Assembly: GCF_965217055.1 (NCBI RefSeq) | Contig: NZ_OZ244227.1 | Coordinates: 1,283,652 to 1,347,651, forward strand | Reading direction: 5' to 3' | Source of the DNA: Hyphobacterium sp. | GTDB lineage: Bacteria > Pseudomonadota > Alphaproteobacteria > Caulobacterales > Maricaulaceae | Length of the DNA: 64,000 bases | Shown here: in pieces, positions 8,555-17,404 of the stretch | How positions within the stretch are numbered: the stretch's first letter is position 1 | Layout of the letters: each line of letters opens with the position of its first letter | The notes under the pieces: model-generated | Seen by the model: only the letters and a program-made list of their open reading frames with translations | Databases searched by the model: none | What the model was told of the DNA's origin: nothing | Translations under genes and position numbers: made by a program

Positions 8555-8980
8555 CTAGTACTCGCCGACATGCTCGTAGGATCCATCGCCATTGACGTGG
8601 AAATATTGCACGGCGCCATTCGGATCCTGATGCGAGGACATCCACATACCCGGCCCTCCTTGATGCTGGATGTTGCAGGTCCAATCCTCGACGCTGTCCA
8701 GGAGCGAAGCGTCATTGACCGGAATTTCGATCGTGACGGTGCCGGAATAGGCCCGATCGGCATCGAGCGGTATGTCGGCATATCCGGACAGGACGCCGTA
8801 ACCGCTACTGTTGCGCAGATAGCAATAAGTCCGGACCGCAGGAACGTCCGGATGGACGTCCGAGACCTCCACCGGCACCGTGAAAACATGGGTCGGGCCG
8901 GCTTGCGCCGACGCTGCGCCGGCGCCGATCAGTCCGGCGGCGGCCAGGCTGCAAATGCCAAGGCATGATCTGATTTTCAT
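8555..8980 (-). CDS. Small secreted hypothetical protein
   Basis: 141 aa. Signal peptide MKIRSCLGICSLAAAGLIGAGAASA/QA, beta-rich mature part with 2 Cys. Lies 57 nt upstream of the repeat-protein gene on the same strand. Confidence 0.75.
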   Translation of the reverse strand: MKIRSCLGICSLAAAGLIGAGAASAQAGPTHVFTVPVEVSDVHPDVPAVRTYCYLRNSSGYGVLSGYADIPLDADRAYSGTVTIEIPVNDASLLDSVEDWTCNIQHQGGPGMWMSSHQDPNGAVQYFHVNGDGSYEHVGEY

Positions 8981-9328
8981 CGCAAACTCCCCTGCTGGTT
9001 GATTTCGAGACTACCGGATACACCCAGCAGCAGCAATTCGCGTGCGTGAACCTGCCGATGGCTGCGGTGTCCGGGCGGTCATCACTCGCCCTGGCTGCGC
9101 CATCCAGAGCGCGGAGCGGCCGCTAGGGCGTTTCGGTGCGGGCTGAGGGCCCACGCATTCCATCAATCTGGTGCTTCGGATCGGCGCTCACATCGAAAAC
9201 ACCCGGAATTCCGTGTGTTTGAACATCGAGCCGCAATCCAGACAGGGGCATCTGGAGTCAAGCCGACGGAATGCAGTGATTTCATTTAAAACAAAAAGGC
9301 GCTAGCGTCTGTTCCAGAGGGGACGGTC

Positions 9329-11902
9329 ATGCGCTTCTATATCGCGATACTTCTGCTTTACCCGTTTTTTCTTGCACCTGCGTTCGCCCAACCGTCGGAT
9401 TCGGTGCCTGTCTTTGCATCGATTCCCGACGCCAACGCGATGCGGCAATCGTTCAGTCGTGAAATGGCCGAGGCGAATGCGGGTGTCCGCGAGGCCAGCG
9501 CAAACCTGGCCGAAGCGCGGCGCGAGCTGGCTGCAGCGACAACCGCCATAGACGAGGCCGGCGATGCCATAGCCGCCCAATACACCGAGATCGGCCGTCT
9601 GGTCGCAAGTCTCGGCGGACGTTTCCCGGATGAAGTCGCGGCTCTGAACGCAGCGCGCGAGGCCATGGTCGAATCGCCTTCGCGGCGTTCGCAAGCCCGG
9701 ATTGATACCGCTCAAGCTGCATTGGCCCGCGCGGTTGCCGGCACACCGGAAGGACAGTCTCTGGCCCAGGCCCGCGCGCGCCTACCGCAATTGGTCTCGG
9801 CGCTCGAGGCGGCGCGCGAACGCCAGGAGATGGCGGCAGAGCTGGCCGTACAACATCTGCTGGTGCTGACCTCATTCCAGATCAGCCGGGAGGCTGTCCG
9901 CGAACGCGTGACGGAATTGTTTGAAAGCTGGGCGCCGGCACATGTGGTTCGCGTCACGGTGCGAGGCGGCGGCGAGACCTATCATGAAGAAACCTGGACG
10001 GATCCCGATGAATCCGAGCTGATCGAGCTCTTGCGCCTGGCCGATTACATCGAGTCCGATCTCGAGCAGCTACTTGCGCGACGGGAGGAACGTGTCGAGC
10101 AGTTCATCTTTGAAACCCAGATCGCCATGGAATATGCCGACGTCCGGCTGGAGGAGTATATCAACTGGGTCGGCGGCAATAATCCGCCCGGCAATTGGGC
10201 GACTTTCGAGTCATTGCTGGACAGTACAACCGAGATCGTCGGGCTCGGGCGCTCGGGCGGCGCGCTGGTAACCGGCGGAGGCGGCACCTGGCGGCGCATC
10301 CTGCTCGAGATCGGTGATCGTGGCGTCACGATCGGCCGCGACGTTGCTTCGGGCCTGCCACCCGCCCTGAGCGTGGCCATCGAGCTGATCAGCCAGTTAC
10401 ACGCCACAGCCAATCGCGAGGCCGCGTGGGATGTCCTGCGTCTGCCGCATAACGACGCAGCTGTCGACGGCCGTCATCTGGAGACTGAGGCCGAATGGCA
10501 ACGCCTCGAAGCCATCAATACGGCACAGCTCCGGGCGGTGCTCGAGCGAATGCGCGCGCAACTCGGTTCCGACATGCTGGACGAATCCTATGCCAGCCGT
10601 CTGGGCGGCGTCTATCAGCCGCGCGGGCTTGCTGTCTCGATGAGCTATGCCGTCTACCGTGGCACGCCGCCCCGGCTCAATATCGGCTCCCAGGACTTGC
10701 AGCATGTGAATCGCGCCGATTGGGCGTTTTTCGAAATCGGTCTCGATGGCACGGCGAAGAGCGTTCTGAAATCGACGGTCGAAGTCGCTCTGTCGCGCAT
10801 CAATCGCGCCGCCCAGCAATTCGCCGACGATATTGCAGCCGCAATCAGCGGAACGGCGCCCGCGCGGGCGGCTCAACGCGCTGCGCTCAGGCCCTGGCAT
10901 CAAGTCGTGCTGACCGAACTGGCTCTCGATTACGTGCAGGCCCAGATTGTGGCTTCGGTTCAGCGTGACATCGAGTTTGCGCGCGTTGCGCGTTGGGCCC
11001 GCTATCTCGAAGCCGATATGGAACGCCTGCTATCGTTAACCCTGTTACAGAATGAAGGGCGCATCCGCCGTTTTGAACAGCGATTGCTCGAGTTGATCCG
11101 CGAGACCCAGGAAGAGATCAGGGTTGAAATCGAGAACCAGCAAAGCAGCCGCACTCACGGTGTCCGGCTTGAGCGCGCCCTTCCGGAGGAATTCGAGATC
11201 GAAGTCGAGTTCAGCCACGCCGTGACCGTGCAATCGGTGCGTATCGGCGATCTGGAACTGGAGACGCAAGATCACAATTTCGGATTCAGCTGGAGCGGCC
11301 GCGGACGACGCGATGATATCGGCGAAGATTCCATTGCCGGCGGTTTCGTGACCCTGGAACTGGCCGGGTACCGGTCTCCCGACGAAGCGGACCTCATTGA
11401 CGGCGATTCCGCCTCTGTTGCCTCGCTGAATACGGTGACCGGCGCGATCGACGGATATGAACAATCGGCGTTCCGGACGAATTTGCGAATGGAGCCGCCG
11501 CAATGGGAGGCGGCCTACGGCATTGTCCTGGATACCTCGGGCTCCATGGATGGCGGAAGGCTGGCGAGCGCGCAGCAAGCCCTCGTCGACATGTTCGAGT
11601 TCGGATTGCTGAATGAGCGGACCACCGCGTCGGTTACAACATTCAGAGGCTGTTCTCTGTCGGGCTCGGATTATACCAATGATTTTGCTGCCTTAAGCAC
11701 CCACATCCGGTCACGGACTGCGGGCGGAGACACACCGCTGGCGTCTGCGATCCGCACAACGGCTCGAAATCTGGTGCTCAATGCCGACGCCGAACGGCGC
11801 TATCTGATCGTGATGTCGGATGGCGAGGAGAGCTGCAACGGTTCGGTTTCCCGGGCGATGCGGTATGCGCGCGACCTGTTGAGCGGCGCGGAGGAGTTCT
11901 GA
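9329..11902 (+). CDS. Large exported protein: about 700 aa helical region of unknown family plus a C-terminal (truncated-looking) vWA domain
   Basis: 857 aa. Signal peptide MRFYIAILLLYPFFLAPAFA/Q, then a long Ala/Glu/Arg-rich helical part. MIDAS residues DTSGS ... GGDTP ... SDGEE occupy the last 130 aa (nt 11510-11899). Confidence 0.85.
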   Translation: MRFYIAILLLYPFFLAPAFAQPSDSVPVFASIPDANAMRQSFSREMAEANAGVREASANLAEARRELAAATTAIDEAGDAIAAQYTEIGRLVASLGGRFPDEVAALNAAREAMVESPSRRSQARIDTAQAALARAVAGTPEGQSLAQARARLPQLVSALEAARERQEMAAELAVQHLLVLTSFQISREAVRERVTELFESWAPAHVVRVTVRGGGETYHEETWTDPDESELIELLRLADYIESDLEQLLARREERVEQFIFETQIAMEYADVRLEEYINWVGGNNPPGNWATFESLLDSTTEIVGLGRSGGALVTGGGGTWRRILLEIGDRGVTIGRDVASGLPPALSVAIELISQLHATANREAAWDVLRLPHNDAAVDGRHLETEAEWQRLEAINTAQLRAVLERMRAQLGSDMLDESYASRLGGVYQPRGLAVSMSYAVYRGTPPRLNIGSQDLQHVNRADWAFFEIGLDGTAKSVLKSTVEVALSRINRAAQQFADDIAAAISGTAPARAAQRAALRPWHQVVLTELALDYVQAQIVASVQRDIEFARVARWARYLEADMERLLSLTLLQNEGRIRRFEQRLLELIRETQEEIRVEIENQQSSRTHGVRLERALPEEFEIEVEFSHAVTVQSVRIGDLELETQDHNFGFSWSGRGRRDDIGEDSIAGGFVTLELAGYRSPDEADLIDGDSASVASLNTVTGAIDGYEQSAFRTNLRMEPPQWEAAYGIVLDTSGSMDGGRLASAQQALVDMFEFGLLNERTTASVTTFRGCSLSGSDYTNDFAALSTHIRSRTAGGDTPLASAIRTTARNLVLNADAERRYLIVMSDGEESCNGSVSRAMRYARDLLSGAEEF

Positions 11903-12924
11903 TGACCGGTCCGGCCCGCCTGCTCGCGCTCCTATTTGCCCTGATCATGTCGTCCGGCAGCCTGGTGGCTCAGGAAACCGCCGGTAGCGAGGATTCCCCG
12001 GATGCCTCTCCGCCGGTCGACATCGGCATTCCGTTCGTCGTCGACATCGGCACCAAGCACGGCTTTCGCTTTGAACTGAACGTCGAAGCGCCCGGCCTCT
12101 ACGAATTCACCGTCCGTCATGTCGAGGAAGATATCGCGTGGACGGTCAATGATGTGAACCTGCCGCAGTCGCGTATTCACCTGGCGGCCGGAACCCACAG
12201 CGTTTCGCTGGTCGGAATTCCGTTGGAGAACGGACCGCCGCCGGTCGCGACGGTTTTCCTCGCGCCGCCGATCGGCGCGTCGGAGCCAAACGATTTCCCC
12301 GCCGAGGCGTCACCCATTGACGGCAACACTGCGCGGGTCTTTCTCGCGCCGGCCGGCGATTGGGACTGGCTGGAGTGGGCCGCGCCGGAACCGGGGCGGA
12401 TCATCATATTCAACGCCAGCACAGGCGATCGTGCGGAGATAGCGCTGGATATCGGCATGGATGGCCCTGATGGCCTGGTCGCGATGCCGCCGCCCGAGGA
12501 TACGGCGCATGACACTTACGGTCCCTGGCGTGTCGACGCTGCGGGTCCCGTCCGGTTTCGAATCGCCGCGCCTGACGGCGAGGATTTCGTCGCGGTTGAT
12601 CTCGAATTCTTGTTCGCGCCGGATACCGCTGCCAGCGATGATCCGGTTCAGATCCATGTGGTCGGGATCGAGCTCGACCCGGCCGTCGAGGATCGGCTGG
12701 ACGCCATCGTCGCGTCGGGTGGCGGTCGCTTTGTCAATGTATCCGAAGCCGGTCTGCTCGCAGAGGAGCTTACAGCCATCAGCTCCGCCATCGAGGACGA
12801 TCTGGATATTGCACCACAGCGCGGTGGTTCCGCATGGCTCTGGCCAGCGGTGTTGCTCTTGTTGCTGATCGGCGGAGCCGTCATCCTTCTGCGGATGCGC
12901 CGCAGCAAGGCGAAAAAATTGTAG
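11902..12924 (+). CDS. Exported, C-terminally anchored protein with a PPC-like domain and a vWA-C-terminal-like segment
   Basis: 340 aa. The start overlaps the upstream stop (TGATG) with a GGAGGAG SD. Has a signal peptide. EPNDFPAEASPI...GDWDWLEW resembles the bacterial pre-peptidase C-terminal domain. C-terminal TM helix plus RMRRSKAKKL. Confidence 0.8.
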   Translation: MTGPARLLALLFALIMSSGSLVAQETAGSEDSPDASPPVDIGIPFVVDIGTKHGFRFELNVEAPGLYEFTVRHVEEDIAWTVNDVNLPQSRIHLAAGTHSVSLVGIPLENGPPPVATVFLAPPIGASEPNDFPAEASPIDGNTARVFLAPAGDWDWLEWAAPEPGRIIIFNASTGDRAEIALDIGMDGPDGLVAMPPPEDTAHDTYGPWRVDAAGPVRFRIAAPDGEDFVAVDLEFLFAPDTAASDDPVQIHVVGIELDPAVEDRLDAIVASGGGRFVNVSEAGLLAEELTAISSAIEDDLDIAPQRGGSAWLWPAVLLLLLIGGAVILLRMRRSKAKKL

Positions 12925-12959
12925 GACATGTCCTTTTGAAAGGGCACGGATGTTCGCGG

Positions 12960-14084
12960 CTAGCCTGCCATCACGCGCTCGACTTTTTCCCCGATCGCCA
13001 GGGCCGCGGTCAGGCCGGGACTTTCAATGCCGCGCAGGCAGATCAGTCGCGCGAAGCCGTGATCGCTTGCGGTCAGGATCCGGAAATCGGCCGCAGGCTC
13101 GCCCTCGGCGTGAAGCTTGGGCCGGACGCCCGAATAATCCGGCGCCAGGCGCCCGGCTTCGATGCCCGGCCAGTATTCACGGATGACGTCGGCGAAAGCA
13201 TGGCGTTTCGCCGGGTCGATTGAAAAATCGATTTCGGAGGGATCCGAGAGGTCCAGCCAGGTGACATCCGGTCCGAATTTGACTCGATTGTCCAACGCCA
13301 CCGTGGCGTGAACGCCGAGCCCGCCGCGCGCGGGAAGCGGGTAGATATGGTGGCGGAAGGGCGAAGGCCCGGCATAGGCGAAGTAATCGCCCTTGGCGAA
13401 GCGGTAGGGTGGGGTCAGGTGCCGGAACCGCGCTGACGGGCCCTCATACGGGACTGTGGACAGGCCGGTTGCGAGTATGAGGCGTTGGCAGCGAATGTCG
13501 GTGCCGGCCGCATCGGCGAGCCGGATCACGAAACCGCCATCGATCTCGCGCCAGGCGGCGACCGGATTGCCGAGCGCCAGAACGCCGCCCGCTGCTTCGA
13601 ATTCGGCCAGGAGCGCCGTCATATAGCCATGGCTGTCGAGTATTCCGGTCTCCGGCGAATGCAGCGCCGCGATGCAGTGGAGTTCGGGCTCCATCGCCCG
13701 CGCTTCTGCGGCGGTCAGCCATTGCAGCGACTGCACACCGCAGGCGCTTGCATTCTTTCCGATCCGCTTGAGCGCAGGCAGCTGATCCTCATCGGTCGCC
13801 ACGACCAGCTTGCCGCACTTGCGGTAAGGCACATTGTGATCCACGAGAAAATCATAGACTTGCCGCCGCCCGGCAATGCAGAGCTGCGCCTTCAGCGATC
13901 CCGGCGGATAGTAGATACCGGCATGGATAACCTCGCTATTACGCGAGGAGATGCCTGTGCCGATTGCGGTCGCCGCCTCGACCAGGGTGACCTCGCATCC
14001 CGAACGCGCCAGCGCAGCGGCGCACGCCAGCCCGACGGCGCCTGCGCCCACCACGATCGTATCAGCGTCGAATTCGCGCGACAT
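12960..14084 (-). CDS. FAD-dependent oxidoreductase (DAO family, L-2-hydroxyglutarate oxidase-like)
   Basis: Rossmann GxGxxG (TIVVGAGAVGLACA) near the N-terminus and DAO-like length. ATG 14084 preferred over the track TTG start at 14105. Confidence 0.8.
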   Translation of the reverse strand: MSREFDADTIVVGAGAVGLACAAALARSGCEVTLVEAATAIGTGISSRNSEVIHAGIYYPPGSLKAQLCIAGRRQVYDFLVDHNVPYRKCGKLVVATDEDQLPALKRIGKNASACGVQSLQWLTAAEARAMEPELHCIAALHSPETGILDSHGYMTALLAEFEAAGGVLALGNPVAAWREIDGGFVIRLADAAGTDIRCQRLILATGLSTVPYEGPSARFRHLTPPYRFAKGDYFAYAGPSPFRHHIYPLPARGGLGVHATVALDNRVKFGPDVTWLDLSDPSEIDFSIDPAKRHAFADVIREYWPGIEAGRLAPDYSGVRPKLHAEGEPAADFRILTASDHGFARLICLRGIESPGLTAALAIGEKVERVMAG

Positions 14085-14133
14085 CACGCCAGAAGGGCCG
14101 GGCAAAACTGTCCCGTCAATGCCGACGGCCCAC

Positions 14134-15003
14134 CTACTTCAGGAATGCCTTGATCTTCGCCAGCGCCGCAGGCTCGGTGAGGAAGGGCGCGTGACCGGTG
14201 TCGGGCACGGAGACAAACTCCAGATCCGGCTTGCGGGCTTTCATCGCTTCGACCGTCGACACCATCAGCAGATCGGTGATCTCGCCGCGGACAAGGAGGG
14301 TGGGGATGTCCTTCATGGCGTCGAAGAGGGGCCAGAGATCGACGTCGACATCACCGCCCTCGGCGACCGATTCGGCGATGGCCTTGTCATAGTCGAGCAC
14401 GATGGCGCCGTCGGCGGCTTCGCGGCAGGTCTTGTGCGCGAAATCGAGCCAGAAGGCGTTGCCGGTTTCCTTCGGGAAGGCGATCCCGTTGATAGCGCGG
14501 ATCGCATCGGCGGTGGTCTGCCAGCTCTCGAATCGGCCTTCCGTCTTGCCGGCATAGGCGCGGATGCGGCCAATGCCGACCGGGTCGAGCTCGGGTCCGA
14601 TATCATTGAGTACGGCCCGGGCGATTCGATTCGGTGCCAGGGTCGCTGCGACCATGGTCATCAGCCCGCCCATCGACGTTCCGACGAAGACGGCGCGGTC
14701 GATCTTGAGATGATCGAGCAGGTCGAGCATGTCCTGGGTGTAGACCGGAGGTGAATAACGTTCCGGCCTGGGATCACGATCGGATCGTCCGCGGCCGCGC
14801 TGGGTGGCGCAGATCACGGTGCGACCCAGGGCGGCGATATGCGGGGCGAAGTCCTCGAAATCTTTCAGATTTCTTGTGAGCCCGTGCAGGCAGAGCACCG
14901 GATCGCCCCTTGTCTCGCTGACCGGCTCGTAGACGCGATAATGCAGTTTCAGACCGTCATTCGTGGTGAAGAAGTCGTCGTTGAAAGGCATTCCTGGCGT
15001 CAT
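14134..15003 (-). CDS. Alpha/beta hydrolase
   Basis: 289 aa. HGLTRN and nucleophile elbow GTSMGG. The start lies 4 nt after the MFS stop, indicating an operon. Confidence 0.85.
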   Translation of the reverse strand: MTPGMPFNDDFFTTNDGLKLHYRVYEPVSETRGDPVLCLHGLTRNLKDFEDFAPHIAALGRTVICATQRGRGRSDRDPRPERYSPPVYTQDMLDLLDHLKIDRAVFVGTSMGGLMTMVAATLAPNRIARAVLNDIGPELDPVGIGRIRAYAGKTEGRFESWQTTADAIRAINGIAFPKETGNAFWLDFAHKTCREAADGAIVLDYDKAIAESVAEGGDVDVDLWPLFDAMKDIPTLLVRGEITDLLMVSTVEAMKARKPDLEFVSVPDTGHAPFLTEPAALAKIKAFLK

Positions 15004-15006
15004 TTC

Positions 15007-16410
15007 TCAGTCCTTGGGCGGCGCGGCAACGGCTTCGGCTTTGGTGCCGGGCGCGGCGGCCGGCGTATCGCCCTCCCAGTCCTTGCGCAGGCGCGGCGCG
15101 GCCATGAAGAGCAGGACGGACGCCAGCACATAATAGACTGCGCCACCCATCAGCGCGTAGCGCAGACCGTCTTCAGCGAAGATCGGGGTCAGTGTGTCGG
15201 ACAGGAGCCCGATCGAGAGATTGCCGAGGGCCAGCCCCATCAGATTGTTGATCAGCAGGAAGATGGCCGACGCCGTGGCACGCATGTTCGGCGGCACGAT
15301 GTGCTGGAAAGCGGAGAGGACCGGACCGAGCCAGGCGAGGCCAAGCGCGGTCGGAATGACCAGTGCGAAGAAGGTCATCATCAGCCCCCCGCCCCACAGG
15401 GCCAGGCCGAAAAAGGGAACGACGGCCGCAAAGGCAATCGCCGGCACGCGCGCATAGGCGGCCCTGTCTGCCGCGCCCAGCTTGTCGCCAATGAAACCGC
15501 CAAGCCAGATGCCGACGAGGCCGCCGATGAGCACGACCGTGCCATAGAAATATGCCGCGCTCAAAAGGATCTGGCGTTGTTCGGAAATCCCTTCAGGGAA
15601 CAGACCGCCGGGCAGAAAGCTCATGAATTCAGGCAGTTCCGCGCCATAGCTGCGGACCAGGAAGGCGGGAATCCAGAAGAACAGGCCATAGCCCATCATT
15701 GACGAGCAGGCCGCGCCGAAGGAGAGAAACCAGAAACTCGGCTTCGAGGTCAGCTTCTTGAGGACAGCCGACATTCTGGCTGGCCTGGTATCGGACCCGG
15801 GAGGGTCGTAATGGCCGCGCTGGGGTTCCTTCAGGAAAAGCTTGAAGACCGGAGCGAAAAGAACGCCGGCCGAACCGACGATGAGGAAAGCCCAGCGCCA
15901 GTCGAGCAGGCTGGCCAGCACGCCGCCGAGCACGATGCCGAGCGCCGATCCGATCGGAATGGCGAAGGAATAGATGGCGAGCGCGCGGGCCCGTTTCTCG
16001 GGCGGATAATAGTCCGAGATGATCGAGTAGGACGGGGCGACCCCGCCGGCTTCACCGACGCCGACGCCGACGCGGGCGATGAAGAGTTGCCAGAAATTCT
16101 GGGCGAGGCCGCAGGCAGCGGTAAAAGCGCTCCACACAAGAAGCGCGACGGTGATGATCCAGCTGCGATTGGTGCGGTCCGACAGCCAGGCGATGGGCAC
16201 GCCCAGCGTTGAATAGAAGATGGCGAAGGCGAGACCGCCCATCAGGCTCAGCTGCGTATCGGTGAGGTTGAGATCCTGCTGGATCGGCACCGCGAGCACG
16301 CCGATGATCTGGCGGTCGACGAAATTGAAGATGTAGACACCGATGAGGAGGAAAAGGACGGTCGCGCGATAGCCTGCCGTATGCTCGGCACGGGCTGTGG
16401 TGTCACTCAT
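15007..16410 (-). CDS. MFS transporter (spinster-like)
   Basis: About 12 TM helices and FVDRQIIGVLAVPIQQDL. ATG 16410 (MSDTTARAEH...) forms an ATGA overlap with the upstream hydrolase stop. The track ORF extension to 16575 is Arg/Pro-rich shadow. Confidence 0.85.
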   Translation of the reverse strand: MSDTTARAEHTAGYRATVLFLLIGVYIFNFVDRQIIGVLAVPIQQDLNLTDTQLSLMGGLAFAIFYSTLGVPIAWLSDRTNRSWIITVALLVWSAFTAACGLAQNFWQLFIARVGVGVGEAGGVAPSYSIISDYYPPEKRARALAIYSFAIPIGSALGIVLGGVLASLLDWRWAFLIVGSAGVLFAPVFKLFLKEPQRGHYDPPGSDTRPARMSAVLKKLTSKPSFWFLSFGAACSSMMGYGLFFWIPAFLVRSYGAELPEFMSFLPGGLFPEGISEQRQILLSAAYFYGTVVLIGGLVGIWLGGFIGDKLGAADRAAYARVPAIAFAAVVPFFGLALWGGGLMMTFFALVIPTALGLAWLGPVLSAFQHIVPPNMRATASAIFLLINNLMGLALGNLSIGLLSDTLTPIFAEDGLRYALMGGAVYYVLASVLLFMAAPRLRKDWEGDTPAAAPGTKAEAVAAPPKD

Positions 16411-17354
16411 TCGGTCGTCTCCAGGAAGGCGCGGACATCGGCGACGGTGCGCGCCGGATCGTCCTCGTGAATGGCATGGGCCAGATCGTCGTAGATGATC
16501 AGGCGGGCATCTTGAATGGCGGCCTCGACACGCGGCCCCTGGCTGGCCGGGATCAGCAGATCGCGCGCGCCCCACAGGATCAGGGTCGGTGCTGTGATCT
16601 GTGACAGCAGGGCGGTCGGGTCGGGCATGGTGAATTCGCGGATATGGGCGATGAAGGCGTCGCCATTCCCTTCACGCCGCATCATGTCGATAATGGTCTG
16701 GACGCGTGTTTCGCTGACTGCGGCCGGGTCGGCGTAGGAGAAGGCGAGGCTCTGACGCACTCCGGCTTCGGGGGCGAGCTGCAGGAAGGCCTGGATCGGC
16801 GCAGGCGGTTCGACCGGTTCGTCGCCGACCTCGTTGAAGGGGAAGACACCGGGATCGACGAGAATCAACCGGTCGACGCGGTCCGGATAGGTCGCCGCGA
16901 AGCGCCAGGCGACGGTGCCGCCGAGCGAATTGCCGGCGATCGTCGCGCTCTCGACGCCCAGCGCATCCATCAGTTCGGCGAGAAATTCGGCGCGTTCCTG
17001 CGCAGCATAACGCTGTTGCGGGTCGGGCCCGGTCAGGCCGTGACCCAGCAGGTCATAGCGAATGACGCGATAATCGCGCGACAGGTCGGCAGCCCAGCCA
17101 TCCCAGCTTTCCAGCGAAAAGGTGAAGCCGTGAATGAGAATGACCGGCGGCGCACTTGCCGATCCCTGCTCGCGGACCCGGACCCGTGCACCGCCCACTT
17201 CGACGAAGCGGTCGTCAGCGGTCATGTACCGGGCTTCGAGCGCCGTGGCGGGCGCGCCGCCTGCGGCGTTCTGATACCAGAAATATCCGGCGGCCAGGAC
17301 GAGGATAACCAAAGCCAGCAGGCCGCCGAGAATGTAGAGAAGTGTGCGCATCAC
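16407..17354 (-). CDS. Alpha/beta hydrolase with N-terminal membrane anchor
   Basis: 315 aa. N-terminal TM helix, HGF oxyanion region, GNSLGG nucleophile elbow. Confidence 0.85.
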   Translation of the reverse strand: MMRTLLYILGGLLALVILVLAAGYFWYQNAAGGAPATALEARYMTADDRFVEVGGARVRVREQGSASAPPVILIHGFTFSLESWDGWAADLSRDYRVIRYDLLGHGLTGPDPQQRYAAQERAEFLAELMDALGVESATIAGNSLGGTVAWRFAATYPDRVDRLILVDPGVFPFNEVGDEPVEPPAPIQAFLQLAPEAGVRQSLAFSYADPAAVSETRVQTIIDMMRREGNGDAFIAHIREFTMPDPTALLSQITAPTLILWGARDLLIPASQGPRVEAAIQDARLIIYDDLAHAIHEDDPARTVADVRAFLETTE

Positions 17355-17404
17355 GATACCCTACACGGCTCCGGCCCGGAGGCCAGAGCCGTCAGGTGCT
17401 GTGA

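Noticed and set aside
9045-9230. ECF-like motifs upstream of the vWA gene: TGAACC-N16-GTCC at about 9047-9072 and GGAATTC-N15-CGAG at 9205-9230.
   Set aside because: Their -10 elements lack the CGTT shared by the five good sites, and they lie 100-280 nt from the start codon. They are not counted in the regulon.
12921-12937. Terminator after the anchored PPC-like protein (AGGACATGTCCTTTT).
   Set aside because: The palindrome allows only a 4-5 bp stem with a 2-4 nt loop, too weak to call on sequence alone.
7375-12959. A genomic island integrated at tRNA-Gly.
   Set aside because: No integrase, recombinase or transposase ORF is present. I found no copy of the tRNA 3' end (…GTTCGAATCTCATCGCCCGCTCCA) near 12925-12960. 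Composition looks similar to the flanks. It is kept only as an accessory-looking cluster, not called a mobile element.
15007-16575. N-terminal extensions of several track ORFs (15007..16575, 17405..19780, 28232..29383, 29460..30377, 33791..36484, 36529..38874, 48714..49739, 50301..51638, 51326..51916, 58520..60079 and others).
   Set aside because: The extensions are Arg/Pro-rich, overlap neighbouring genes or promoters, and precede an internal Met. That Met has an SD and a signal peptide or a conserved N-terminus. The starts were trimmed accordingly.
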